A DNA stretch of 46,225 bases from the NCBI GenBank assembly GCA_037446075.1, contig JBBIJH010000004.1, positions 1-46,225 of the forward strand, given 5' to 3'. The stretch comes from Ignavibacteriales bacterium (GTDB lineage Bacteria; Bacteroidota; Ignavibacteria; UBA10030; JAHEZR01). Shown here piece after piece: positions 28,194 to 37,991 of this stretch. A program made the translations under genes and the position numbers. The notes beneath the pieces were generated by a model. The model ran no database searches. It had not been told where the DNA came from and saw only the letters and a program-made list of their open reading frames with translations. Positions within the stretch are counted from its first letter, which is position 1. Every line of letters starts with the position of its first letter.

Positions 28194-30434
28194 ATGAGAA
28201 GGTTACCTCGTAGAAGAATATTCCTCTTGGGGCTGACACTTCTCTTCTGGCTTTCCCTTCTGGAAGCAGCAGCACAGCCCTGGTGGGACTCCAATTATTC
28301 GAACCGGAAGCAAATTACCATTACGGCCGGCTCAGTCACCATCCCGAGCGGCTACTCGGTTCCGACCACCTTCGATCACGCAGGCTTAGTCACCGCCGGT
28401 AAGTCGCAGGCCGATGGCGATGATGCAAGGGTGCTGTATTGGAATGGCAGCAGCTGGGTGGAGCTGGATCGGGCCTTGGACGAGAACTCTAACTGGAACA
28501 GTGCTTCTACAAAGATTTGGTTCAAAACGCAGGCATCAATCAGCGCCAGTGGCACTGACAACAACTATTACCTCTACTATGGCAATGCCACCGCAGGGAA
28601 TCCCCCCGCCAACAAATCCAACATCTATCTTTTCTTTGATAACTTTGAGGCTGGTAATCTCAACAATTGGACGATTGTTGATGGACTTTGGCAAGTGGCT
28701 ACTGACAATCCGCGCACAGGCACTTACTCGCTCAAGTATCCGGCCGAGACCAGTGCTGATAGACACATCGTCGCTAATCCTGCTCTCAACGAGGCAGGGG
28801 TGTATCTCGATGCATGGTGGAGGTTTAGTGACGTGGCATCCATGGATATTGCACAAATCTTCCGCCGTCCAGCAGGAACCCACTCCAGCTACGATACCAA
28901 CTTAGAGGGCACAGCTGGATGGGACATCGCGAAGGAAATTAATGGCTCGTGGAGCGAGCTTGCTGCCAACACAGGTACACCAACAGCTAACACGTGGGTA
29001 CGAATTGCGATAGCGATTTATGGCACTGGTATGCGTGTTTTCAAAGATGGCACACAGATCAATCCCGCCAGTGGTTCGTTCAACGTTGGCACGGAGCTGA
29101 CGTCTGGGAATATTGGCTTCCGGAAGTGGAATGTAGATCCAGGCTTTGCCTGGTGGATCGATGATGTCGTTGCAAGGAAATATGTTGATCCCGAGCCCAG
29201 CAGCTCGCTGGGTGCTGAAGAGCACGCAGCCTTCCGCGCCGCGGCTTCGGCGGGTGCTCCGTCAGGCACACTGACCCTAACCATAGCCAAGCCAACAGGC
29301 ACAGTGAGCGGCGACGTTATGATTGCCGCAATCGGCGTTCGTCCAAACACTGCGGTCATCACCCCTCCTTCTGGCTGGACTCTCATTCGTCGCACCGACC
29401 AAGCCTCTGGCGCCGCGAACTCGCAAGCCATCTACCGAAAGGTTGCTGGGGAGAGCGAACCTGCGAGTTACTCATGGACATTTAACACCTCCACCGGATC
29501 GGCTGGAGGAATCATGACTTTCTGGGGCGTAAGTACTACCTCACCGATAAACGTCGAGAATGGCCAAGCAACGTCCTCTGCCCTTACGCATAGCACTCCG
29601 AGTGTGACGACGACCATCGACAATACGTTACTCGTCACGGCACACAGCTTCTCATCCGCAGCAACCTGGACCGCGCCTACCGGCATGACCGAGGCAGTGG
29701 ACGTCGCTTCGCGTGCAGTTCCAAACGCTGCGGGACTCTCACTTGAGATGAGCTATGTAGGCCAGCCGGTGGCGGGCGCCACTGGAACAAAGACGGCAAC
29801 AGCGTCGAACGATGCGGATGCCGGCGTCGCTCACATCCTCGCACTCACACTTACCTCCCCACTTCCTATCCAACTTGCATCATTCGCGGCATACGTTGTC
29901 CGGGACCAGGAAGTGGAGGTAGCTTGGATCACAGTCTCCGAGACTAACAACTACGGCTTTGAGGTCCACCGAAAACGCGGAGAGTTGGGCGAGTGGACGA
30001 AACTTGGCTTTGTCCCTGGACATGGAACAACTTTAGAGCCATACTCCTACTCTTACATCGACCGATCGGTCCCATTCGGCAAGTACTACTACCGCTTGAA
30101 GCAGATTGATCTGAACGGAAAATCCGAGACCTTTCCCGAGATGGAAGTCACCGTTGGTATGGGGCTAGACAAGGTGGTCCTTGCGCAGAACTATCCAAAC
30201 CCGTTCAATCCTACGACCACCATTGAGTTCATCGTACCGCAGAGCAGCCACGCATCGTTGAAGGTCTACAACATCCTAGGGCAGGAAGTCGCGAGCCTCT
30301 TCGAGGGGAATGCGGTGGCGGGACAAATATACAGCGCTCGGTTCATTGGATCCAAACTCCCAAGCGGCCTCTACTTCTATGTGCTCTCCAGCGCTGGAAA
30401 AACCCTGACACGACCGATGGTGTTGTTGAAGTGA
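28194..30434 (+). CDS. Secreted T9SS cargo: DUF2341-like domain, lectin-like sandwich, A/T-rich domain, LPIQL module and CTD
   Basis: WWDSNYSNRKQITI...DGDDARV...ELDR...IWFK...YYLYYGN...FFDNFE (DUF2341-like); WWIDDVVARKY; KPTGTVSGDVMIAA..PPSGWT; CTD. ATG at 28194 preferred over GTG at 28143. Confidence 0.8.
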   Translation: MRRLPRRRIFLLGLTLLFWLSLLEAAAQPWWDSNYSNRKQITITAGSVTIPSGYSVPTTFDHAGLVTAGKSQADGDDARVLYWNGSSWVELDRALDENSNWNSASTKIWFKTQASISASGTDNNYYLYYGNATAGNPPANKSNIYLFFDNFEAGNLNNWTIVDGLWQVATDNPRTGTYSLKYPAETSADRHIVANPALNEAGVYLDAWWRFSDVASMDIAQIFRRPAGTHSSYDTNLEGTAGWDIAKEINGSWSELAANTGTPTANTWVRIAIAIYGTGMRVFKDGTQINPASGSFNVGTELTSGNIGFRKWNVDPGFAWWIDDVVARKYVDPEPSSSLGAEEHAAFRAAASAGAPSGTLTLTIAKPTGTVSGDVMIAAIGVRPNTAVITPPSGWTLIRRTDQASGAANSQAIYRKVAGESEPASYSWTFNTSTGSAGGIMTFWGVSTTSPINVENGQATSSALTHSTPSVTTTIDNTLLVTAHSFSSAATWTAPTGMTEAVDVASRAVPNAAGLSLEMSYVGQPVAGATGTKTATASNDADAGVAHILALTLTSPLPIQLASFAAYVVRDQEVEVAWITVSETNNYGFEVHRKRGELGEWTKLGFVPGHGTTLEPYSYSYIDRSVPFGKYYYRLKQIDLNGKSETFPEMEVTVGMGLDKVVLAQNYPNPFNPTTTIEFIVPQSSHASLKVYNILGQEVASLFEGNAVAGQIYSARFIGSKLPSGLYFYVLSSAGKTLTRPMVLLK
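29935..30113 (+). repeat. 179-bp perfect direct repeat, copy 2
   Basis: Identical to 27588-27766. Confidence 0.95.
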
Positions 30435-30465
30435 TAAGGAGCGAAGGTTGTGATCCCGAGCCTCT

Positions 30466-33400
30466 TCACCTCACCTTCGCCATCCTCTGGGTTTGAACGA
30501 CCGTGCTTTCTCCATTCTTTAAGACAAGGCTGTAGAAATAGACACCATTCGCCACCTCATTCCCATCGTTATCGCGCCCATCCCAACGGACTCGATTGAA
30601 CCCAAAGCGCAGGGAGCTTACCGGCACTTCAATGGATCGGATCAAACGCCCAGCGACGGTGTAAATTTTGATCGTGAGGTTATCAGGAAGGTGTGCTCCA
30701 GTGAGGTTGAAGGTGAAATCGGTTTCGGATGGAAAGGGGTTGGGGTAGTTATAGACGTTCAGGAGCTGAGGGGTCGTCTCGACACTGAAATCCACCCGAT
30801 AAGTCGCGCCGCCCGCCAAGTTCTCCGAAGCATCTCGTGCGTCAACAAGAAGTGTGTGTCCTCCTTTTTCCAGCGTGGGTCGGAACTGAACTTCGACTTT
30901 TTTGTTACCACTCACCGTCGAATCAAACGTGATCTGAGGATTCCCTGCATAAAGAATCCGTCGGTTGTCAAGTCGGAGCGTCACACTCCCGGTATCCCGA
31001 ATGGCAAGTGGACTGTTATCGAAGAGCCTGACGAGAATCGTCGGCTGTGCCGACACATAATCGCCGCTGACGATCGGAAGGCCGTCGAAGGTAACCTGAA
31101 GCTCCGGCGGGACGGTATCTTTCCGGACATAAAAAGTCCGAGTGGCGGTATTATTGATGTCGTAAAGTTCGGGCTGGCCGAGCGGATCAAGGGCTACGAC
31201 GAGTGTCTGCGTGGCACGACGACCTACAGTATTCAACGATGCTGCAACAGTTTTTGACCGCTCCGCCTCGAGAGTATCCACACGTACCGAAGCGAATAGC
31301 TGCCGCGTGTTACCTGGACCAACTGTATAAAAATTTACTCTCAGACTGTCCATTGTTGTGTAGCCGATGTTATGGACTTCTACCGTGAATTCTATTGGCT
31401 CGCCTTCAAGGACAGAATCTCGCTTTATGCTAACCAGCTGCGGTGCAATGGCTAGATCAGGTGGGCCTTCGTAATCGACGGACCAAGTTTTCAGTACCGG
31501 CGTCGCAGTCCCGAAATTACTGTACAGGAAAGCCTGGAGCTTCAGGGCTGGATAGATCTTCGCATCAATCCCACTGAGGTCGGCGACCAAAATGGTTTTC
31601 GGTAGAGTATCGATAACAGCATTTGTCCTCGCGTCGATGATTCTCAAGGAGATATCAGTCCCCGCGTCGGGAGCGTTGTTTTCCCAACTGATTGAATTCC
31701 AGCGTCTCGCTGGCCCGATTTTCCCTGTTTTCAGTCTGCCCACCCGAGCGCGGTAGTAGCTGGGGATAACATAGCTAACCTCGGCAACGCCGTCCTTGCT
31801 ATAACTTTCACGAACGAACCCTGTTCGTTTCTGTGCCAGCAGGGCCCAGGATTCTCCCGGTCGCACCGATCGAATCTGTTGCGCGCCGAGGGATTCCAGA
31901 GCGAGGTAGAGGTTCTCATTGACGTTCGTGTATCCATCGAAGATTACGGTGATCCCAATAAAATCATCTGGAGAAATCTGTGCAAGATACCGAGCCATGC
32001 TGTCGGCAAGGCTGGTAGAACTTTGAACATCGAACGGTCGGTGTTGAAATTCTCCACTCAATTCACTGATCCTGGCCACCATGAATGCGCTTCCTACTTC
32101 CCACCAGAGGCCAGTCGCAGTTTGGGGCCCAACTCTGATGATACTATAGTAGTCCCGGTCGGCATTGTTCCGATACCCCAACGATCGGACATAGATGGGT
32201 ATTCCCCCCAGCCGTACAATCGTTACACCCGAATCGGTGACTTCGGTTTGGTAGTTTTCTCCTGTTGTAAACTGATCTCGACTTCTCTGGCTCCACCGAA
32301 TTTTCCCCGCTGGCGGAGCGGAAGCAGAGATAAGAAACGATGACACCATCCAGGCGCTCGTATCTCTCCCGTCATAACTGCGCGTACGCCAGTAGTAGAG
32401 GCCGTCCGTTGTCAATGGGGGGGTTGTCCATCTGGAAGTGAGAACGCCCGCGTCGATTGCCGGAGAAGCAACCTTTCGCGGACTGTTAAACTGCGCGCTG
32501 GTGTCGACTTCAAAGAAATATTTTAGAAGGGCGCTGGGAGAGGTCGTAGGGCTGTTTATCTCCAGAACCTGTGAGCCTCTGGGCACAACCGAGGAAGGCG
32601 CTGGCCTTAGAGGCAGAATCTTGCTGGCAAAGACTTGAACCGGCAACTCGATTTGATTGTTTAGCTTGCTCACTTCGACGACTCGGTTCGCAGGGTCGAT
32701 CTGTACCGAGACAACGTGATTGCCCGCCTTTCCAAGGACATCCCAGAGCGCAATCAGAGAATCGCTCGTGCCGATGGACGGCAGGCTGTACGTCCCTCTT
32801 CCAATTGGCAGATTGCTTCCATTGAAATTATCTGCCAGTCTCACTTGAACGCTATCCCGGGGAACCAGGCCGAAGTTTTTGATGGTCGCGCGAATCCGGA
32901 CTATGCTATCGACTTCCGCTGGGACAGCGGGCTGAAATGACACGTTTGGCTCCCTGACCTCCAGCTCAGGCATCGTTGGCAAAGCCAATGCCGCGGTCGG
33001 ATCGCCAAGAAGTGGATGTAAACCCACACCAGCAATGATTCGAGGAGAGGTGGGCGAAACCTTCCAGAGATCGATGCGTGCAATGGTCGTTAACTTCCCC
33101 ATATTCCGGACCGTATCTCTCGCCATTGACCGCAAGAAGGAGTCTGTCAGGATCCGACCGATATCGATGTAGCCAAGACTGGAGCCTGCCCAGGCCCCAA
33201 TGGCCGCCCTCTGGTTGGCCAGAAGCCAGTCCTCGGTGAGAACGTTTTGAACCGGGTCAGCAAACGCCGCCACGTTGCAACTAACGCTGGAGATAAACAC
33301 GAATTGGCCGTTCGTATTGCGAAGTGCATTTGGATCACCAGCATCCACTCCCCAGATGCGACCGCCGGAGTGGCCGATGAAGTTGAGGAAGAGCGTTCCC

Positions 33401-35913
33401 TCGCTAATGATGTCTTGAATGAGTTGCTTGTTTTCACCATCGATGATGGCATCTGTCGTCTTGTACACACGAAAGGGCGTACCGCCAACCGGTGCAGGGG
33501 TCACATAAGCATTGATAAAGGATTCCGCCTGACTGTTGAAGCTCAATTTCTCTCCATCAGTATTTCCCCCGGTGATAAACAGAAAGTTCTTCACCCACTC
33601 GCCGAGAGGTGTTCGATCGTACTGGATGAGTTTCTCCACCACCTGCTCCGCTTGAACCGAATTCTCAGCCGGGATCCTCCCAATGAACATTGACGGAACG
33701 ACGCTGCCAGAGTCGAAAGAGACAAACCAGTTGTCGGTCGGTGGATTCCCGTAGGCCGGGACAAAATTCCTTTTGACTGTGTTGCTGCGCAAGAACTTGA
33801 AGTCCCATGATGCATCCCCCAGCAACAGGACAAATGTTGGAGCGGGACTTTGCCATCGCTCATATGCGTACCGGAGAAAAGGTTTAATCGCCTCCGGATT
33901 AAAAATCCCAAAATTGAACTCATCATAAATATCCTGAATATCAATCACCGATGTTCGGAGACTTAACTGAGAAGCCCTGTAATCAGCTAACCTCTGCGCG
34001 GTTTGCTTGAAGAGCACGTGCGTAATGATGATATAATCTGCCCCCGCCGGGTTTATGCGGATGTCTGAGAATTGTTTCCTTTCAACTCTTGCTGGTTTAA
34101 GCTTCTGAGATTCAACCACCACGATGTACTGCTTGCTTGTGGACCCTGTATCGCGGAACGTGATGGAATACGTCCGCGCTCCCTGGGAGGCAATGATGCC
34201 ACCGGCGAATTTCTTTCCATCGGACAGGTTGTACACATCAATTGCACTTGATTGAAAGTTCGACACAGTGTATCGTGTCAGCACCGGACCAGAAGTCGCT
34301 TCAGAGGTAAAAGTGAGTTCGTTTGAACTTGCTCTGAACTGACTGGGATACGAGATCTCAAACCAGTCCATGTAAAACTTATTCACTTGCGCCTGCGTGG
34401 GAAGTGATTGAATCGTCAAACTATTCGAGCCTTCTCTGAGAACCGATGGGGGAAAAGTTGCAGTGAAGACCGTGTCGTAGTTAAAGTCAAATTCCACCTG
34501 GCCAAGGATGGTTCCGTTCAACGTGACCTTTGCGATGTGGTCGGGTGTCGTGAAATGCTGACTCATGCCATTGAAGCGCACACGGATGGAAGCGTTGACC
34601 CCTGCTGCAGTGTGGATTCCCTCCAGCGAGAAACTGTACGAGTTCGTTGTGCCGGGAAAGAATTCATTCCAGAACCATCCTTCTCCCCTCACATCTTCCG
34701 GTTGAATAATCTCCACCTCGCTATAGCCGTAATAGTAATTCAGATCCTGTTCAAGATGGATTGTCTTCATGAAATACGTGGCAGGAGTTCCGCTCGAGTC
34801 TGTGCTTTCCAGTGTCATCCGCATCCCATTTGCACCACCCCAGGTCAACCAGTAGGCACTTGTATCCGTATAGCGATCGAAGTACTGACCTTTTCCATAG
34901 TTGCGTCGGGCATAGAACTCAATATAGTCGCCTACGTTGAACTTCCCGTCAAATTCTCCCTCAAGGTAGACGGGAACCTGAAGACCGCGATGATACAGCT
35001 TCAGCGTGCGTGGATTAATCGTGCTCGGATCCACTCCTGCCGCGTAGATGTCGCTGTCTGTTATTTTGTATAGACCGTCCCTCACAATCGAAAGCTTAAG
35101 ATAAGGCCGAGTCGGGTCGAACCAGTCCCGGAGAGTATCCACCTTGATCCCACCCAGATCGCTTGATACTGGTCGAGCGCGCCACTTTTTTGCCTCTTCG
35201 TAGTTCGATAGAAGACTCTTGTAGACCTCTTCAAAGTATGGATCGCTCCTCACAGATCGGAAGGATTTAGTTTCGTCTTCTACTGGCGGAAAAGTGAATC
35301 GCAGGTTTAGCGTGAGGGAGGTAAGCTTTCTAAGCTGACGAGTAGCGGGATTGTATTGAAATGGGTGGAACAAAACCTTCACCACACGCTGGTGCCGCAG
35401 CTCCGAGACCCCGTCCAGGCTTGCTACCTCTGGGGGAGTCCAGGTATTGCTTGAGTACGCTGCTTCATCAACGATGTAATCTTCGTGAGCGTTCCTGTCC
35501 TCATCCAGTTGAATCCGCGGGACCGGCGCCACAAGCTGTTCGGGAATGGTCTCGTACGTTGATTGCACAAGCTCGAGTGTAACTCTGGCACCCACGGGGA
35601 TACCGAGCAAAACGCCATCCGTCGGCAACAACGGCTTTCCTTGATCTCCTTCGTCAAAGGCTGCACCTTCAAAGCGGAGGAAAGTTCTGCCTTGAACAGT
35701 CACCGGGTCTTGAGGATACGAGCCTGGTAGGACTTGAAACTTGATTCCTGAATTGTCAGAAGAGAGGATAGAAACGGTGGTTCGCCCATCACGAGCGGAC
35801 GAGCATTGCGTGATAGCAAGATACAAGAGCAGGCTGAAGAATAGGATCCTCCTGCTCGGCAGGCTGAGTAACTCTGCAGAATGAGTTACTGGCTTGTTCC
35901 CCCTGAAAATCAC
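30466..35913 (-). CDS. C25 family cysteine peptidase (PorU/gingipain-like) with propeptide, CARDB-like domains and T9SS/FlgD-like tail
   Basis: G.P.LP...PFQYNP propeptide; ADYIIIT, QDIYDEFN.G, FVLLLGDA, TDNWF, IGRIPA, FIGHSG (His), VSCN (Cys) and LLGDP motifs; IDPANRVVE...NN; NYPNPF...KIYTVAGRLIR...WDGRD...ANGVYFY. GGAG RBS; starts 13 nt after the WecB stop. Confidence 0.9.
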   Translation of the reverse strand: MIFRGNKPVTHSAELLSLPSRRILFFSLLLYLAITQCSSARDGRTTVSILSSDNSGIKFQVLPGSYPQDPVTVQGRTFLRFEGAAFDEGDQGKPLLPTDGVLLGIPVGARVTLELVQSTYETIPEQLVAPVPRIQLDEDRNAHEDYIVDEAAYSSNTWTPPEVASLDGVSELRHQRVVKVLFHPFQYNPATRQLRKLTSLTLNLRFTFPPVEDETKSFRSVRSDPYFEEVYKSLLSNYEEAKKWRARPVSSDLGGIKVDTLRDWFDPTRPYLKLSIVRDGLYKITDSDIYAAGVDPSTINPRTLKLYHRGLQVPVYLEGEFDGKFNVGDYIEFYARRNYGKGQYFDRYTDTSAYWLTWGGANGMRMTLESTDSSGTPATYFMKTIHLEQDLNYYYGYSEVEIIQPEDVRGEGWFWNEFFPGTTNSYSFSLEGIHTAAGVNASIRVRFNGMSQHFTTPDHIAKVTLNGTILGQVEFDFNYDTVFTATFPPSVLREGSNSLTIQSLPTQAQVNKFYMDWFEISYPSQFRASSNELTFTSEATSGPVLTRYTVSNFQSSAIDVYNLSDGKKFAGGIIASQGARTYSITFRDTGSTSKQYIVVVESQKLKPARVERKQFSDIRINPAGADYIIITHVLFKQTAQRLADYRASQLSLRTSVIDIQDIYDEFNFGIFNPEAIKPFLRYAYERWQSPAPTFVLLLGDASWDFKFLRSNTVKRNFVPAYGNPPTDNWFVSFDSGSVVPSMFIGRIPAENSVQAEQVVEKLIQYDRTPLGEWVKNFLFITGGNTDGEKLSFNSQAESFINAYVTPAPVGGTPFRVYKTTDAIIDGENKQLIQDIISEGTLFLNFIGHSGGRIWGVDAGDPNALRNTNGQFVFISSVSCNVAAFADPVQNVLTEDWLLANQRAAIGAWAGSSLGYIDIGRILTDSFLRSMARDTVRNMGKLTTIARIDLWKVSPTSPRIIAGVGLHPLLGDPTAALALPTMPELEVREPNVSFQPAVPAEVDSIVRIRATIKNFGLVPRDSVQVRLADNFNGSNLPIGRGTYSLPSIGTSDSLIALWDVLGKAGNHVVSVQIDPANRVVEVSKLNNQIELPVQVFASKILPLRPAPSSVVPRGSQVLEINSPTTSPSALLKYFFEVDTSAQFNSPRKVASPAIDAGVLTSRWTTPPLTTDGLYYWRTRSYDGRDTSAWMVSSFLISASAPPAGKIRWSQRSRDQFTTGENYQTEVTDSGVTIVRLGGIPIYVRSLGYRNNADRDYYSIIRVGPQTATGLWWEVGSAFMVARISELSGEFQHRPFDVQSSTSLADSMARYLAQISPDDFIGITVIFDGYTNVNENLYLALESLGAQQIRSVRPGESWALLAQKRTGFVRESYSKDGVAEVSYVIPSYYRARVGRLKTGKIGPARRWNSISWENNAPDAGTDISLRIIDARTNAVIDTLPKTILVADLSGIDAKIYPALKLQAFLYSNFGTATPVLKTWSVDYEGPPDLAIAPQLVSIKRDSVLEGEPIEFTVEVHNIGYTTMDSLRVNFYTVGPGNTRQLFASVRVDTLEAERSKTVAASLNTVGRRATQTLVVALDPLGQPELYDINNTATRTFYVRKDTVPPELQVTFDGLPIVSGDYVSAQPTILVRLFDNSPLAIRDTGSVTLRLDNRRILYAGNPQITFDSTVSGNKKVEVQFRPTLEKGGHTLLVDARDASENLAGGATYRVDFSVETTPQLLNVYNYPNPFPSETDFTFNLTGAHLPDNLTIKIYTVAGRLIRSIEVPVSSLRFGFNRVRWDGRDNDGNEVANGVYFYSLVLKNGESTVVQTQRMAKVR

Positions 35914-35926
35914 TTTTCTCCCCTGG

Positions 35927-36676
35927 TTATTTTTTTTTCTGTCCGATAGCGGCTCTCAACACACGTGCGATAAAGAGCGGATTGCCAAAGACGTACCGTT
36001 TGAAAAGTCTCCTCGGTTCGTGGACCAGACGATAGAGCCATTCGAGTCCGTGCCGGGCCATCCACCGGGGACAGCGCCGCTTCCGACCCGAGACATAATC
36101 AAAGCAGGAACCAGCAGTGAGGACTAAATTGACATTGAGTCGGTTTCGATATTTCATCAACCACTGCTCCTGAAGCGGCATCCCAAAACCGACAAGGAGA
36201 ACCGCCGGGCGCAATTGATTAATTTCCTCAATGATTTTCTCGGAGGCAGGGCCATCCTTCTCGAAATAACCATGATGGCAGCCGACAAGTTTCAGCTGGG
36301 GAAATCTCTCCTTTATTCTCTTCGCAGCATCGCCGACAACTTCACTTTTTGAACCCAGCAGATAGACACTGGCTCCCCTAAACTCGCATATTCGGAGAAG
36401 ATCCCAAACCCAATCTGTCAGTGCAATTCGCTCGGGAATCTGAGAACCCAGCAATTTCGCTCCGAGCCGCACCCCTTCCCCATCGCAGTAAGCAACGTCG
36501 GCGCTATTGAAAAACTCGGCAAGCCGTTCGTCATTGTATGCCAAGTTGATGCCATGAACGTGGATATAAGCAAGCGTAGCCCTTGAGCCGTTCTCAAGAA
36601 TTTGCTCAACGCGGCCATTCAATGATGCAGTCGTGAAGGGGTCAATCGCTACACCAAGAACATTCACGCGCCTCAC
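35927..36676 (-). CDS. WecB/TagA/CpsF family glycosyltransferase (GT26)
   Basis: CDGEGV, VYLLG, HHGYF, VGFGMPLQE.W, P.WM...GLEWLYRL..EP.RL.KRY motifs. Confidence 0.95.
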   Translation of the reverse strand: MRRVNVLGVAIDPFTTASLNGRVEQILENGSRATLAYIHVHGINLAYNDERLAEFFNSADVAYCDGEGVRLGAKLLGSQIPERIALTDWVWDLLRICEFRGASVYLLGSKSEVVGDAAKRIKERFPQLKLVGCHHGYFEKDGPASEKIIEEINQLRPAVLLVGFGMPLQEQWLMKYRNRLNVNLVLTAGSCFDYVSGRKRRCPRWMARHGLEWLYRLVHEPRRLFKRYVFGNPLFIARVLRAAIGQKKK

Positions 36677-37830
36677 GCCCCCATCCTCACCCGAGATTCA
36701 TGATCAGCAAGATAGAACTGCTTGACTTTCTCAAAGACCTCGTCTAACGAGATCAGCGTCATACACGGAGCCCACTTTCGTATGCAATCCTCTTGATCGC
36801 ATGGGCTGCATTCAAGTTTTTTATAGAGGAATGAGTCGGCTCCTACGCGAGGGCCTGTAAGCTCAGGTGGCGCAGGTCCGAAGAGTCCCACAATCGGCGT
36901 CCCGACTGCAGCCGCGAGGTGCAGAGGACCGGAGTCGTTCCCGATAAAGCAACGTGAGCGAGCAATCACAGCTGCAAGCTGATTGAGGTCAAGTCCTAAG
37001 ACAAAGCTAACCCGTGGGTATTCACTGAATTCATGAATAAGCGGAAGAAGATAGCTCCGATCGCCCTCAGAGCCGATAACGAGGACACGATCAGAAGTAA
37101 AGTCGATAATTCGGCTGATCAGTTCCCTGAAGTTGCTCAGCGGCCAGGCGCGATAACTCCAGCTTGCGCAAGGATGGACAACAACGTAGGTCTGGTCGTC
37201 TATGAATCTTTGAGCATCACTGGGCAGCTTCTTTGCCTCTATCAGAGGTCTTAGGAACCCGATAGCGTCGGACTGCGGTGGAGTCGGCATTCCTAACGCC
37301 ATCGTCAGATGCTCCACCCGCTTGCCGATGCTTCGAACACCCTCCGAGGCCCGATTCGCGAGAGAGAAGCCTATCGAGAGCACCCGATGCGATTGCAGAT
37401 GGACCACTTTTGCACGGCTGTAGTCAAGGTAGCCACACTTGTATCTTGCTCCGCTGAGAAGAGCAAGGAGCCCATGGCGAACCGATGGGCTTGCGCTGAC
37501 AACAAGATCGAATCTCTTAAGCCGGATCTCTCGAACAGTCTGAAGGAACTGACTAAAACGCAAGGAGGGCAGGGAAGCGAAGACACCATCGACGTGAGGG
37601 AGAAGCTTGAGAAGACTCGCATGACTTGGCTGTACCATCGCCCAGAGAGAAGCTTGCGGGAAAAAATTTCTGAGAGCTGGGAACAGGGGAAGAGATACTA
37701 TAAGATCTCCGAGTTTTGTGAGTTCGATGACTAAAATCCGCTTCATGCTCCCTCTGGGAAGGTCGTTCTCCCCACGTATGAAGGAGAGAGTTCTCTTGAT
37801 GAACAACAAACAATTATACAGGAACCTCAT
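36673..37830 (-). CDS. Glycosyltransferase family 9 (heptosyltransferase-like)
   Basis: ILVI....LGDL, VVHP.A....R.WP, IGNDSGPLHLAAAVGTP.VGLFGP motifs and C-terminal CSPC..C..C. ATG at 37830 preferred over the ORF-track start at 37902. Confidence 0.9.
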   Translation of the reverse strand: MRFLYNCLLFIKRTLSFIRGENDLPRGSMKRILVIELTKLGDLIVSLPLFPALRNFFPQASLWAMVQPSHASLLKLLPHVDGVFASLPSLRFSQFLQTVREIRLKRFDLVVSASPSVRHGLLALLSGARYKCGYLDYSRAKVVHLQSHRVLSIGFSLANRASEGVRSIGKRVEHLTMALGMPTPPQSDAIGFLRPLIEAKKLPSDAQRFIDDQTYVVVHPCASWSYRAWPLSNFRELISRIIDFTSDRVLVIGSEGDRSYLLPLIHEFSEYPRVSFVLGLDLNQLAAVIARSRCFIGNDSGPLHLAAAVGTPIVGLFGPAPPELTGPRVGADSFLYKKLECSPCDQEDCIRKWAPCMTLISLDEVFEKVKQFYLADHESRVRMGA

Positions 37831-37991
37831 CTTCGGGATAGGCTCAATTTTCAAACAATATAAAGATTGAGTAGGTAAATAACAACTGAATTTCGGGCGC
37901 ACTCCACAAGCTCGGCCTCAGCAACCGAAAATAGGAAGATGTTTGAGAAGCACGGAAAGGTGAGAACCTGCGGAAGGAACACGGCTATCGC

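Noticed and set aside
27588-30113. 179-bp repeat pair as a diversity-generating retroelement TR/VR
   Set aside because: The copies are identical with no adenine-specific mismatches, both lie in conserved coding modules, and there is no reverse transcriptase in the window.
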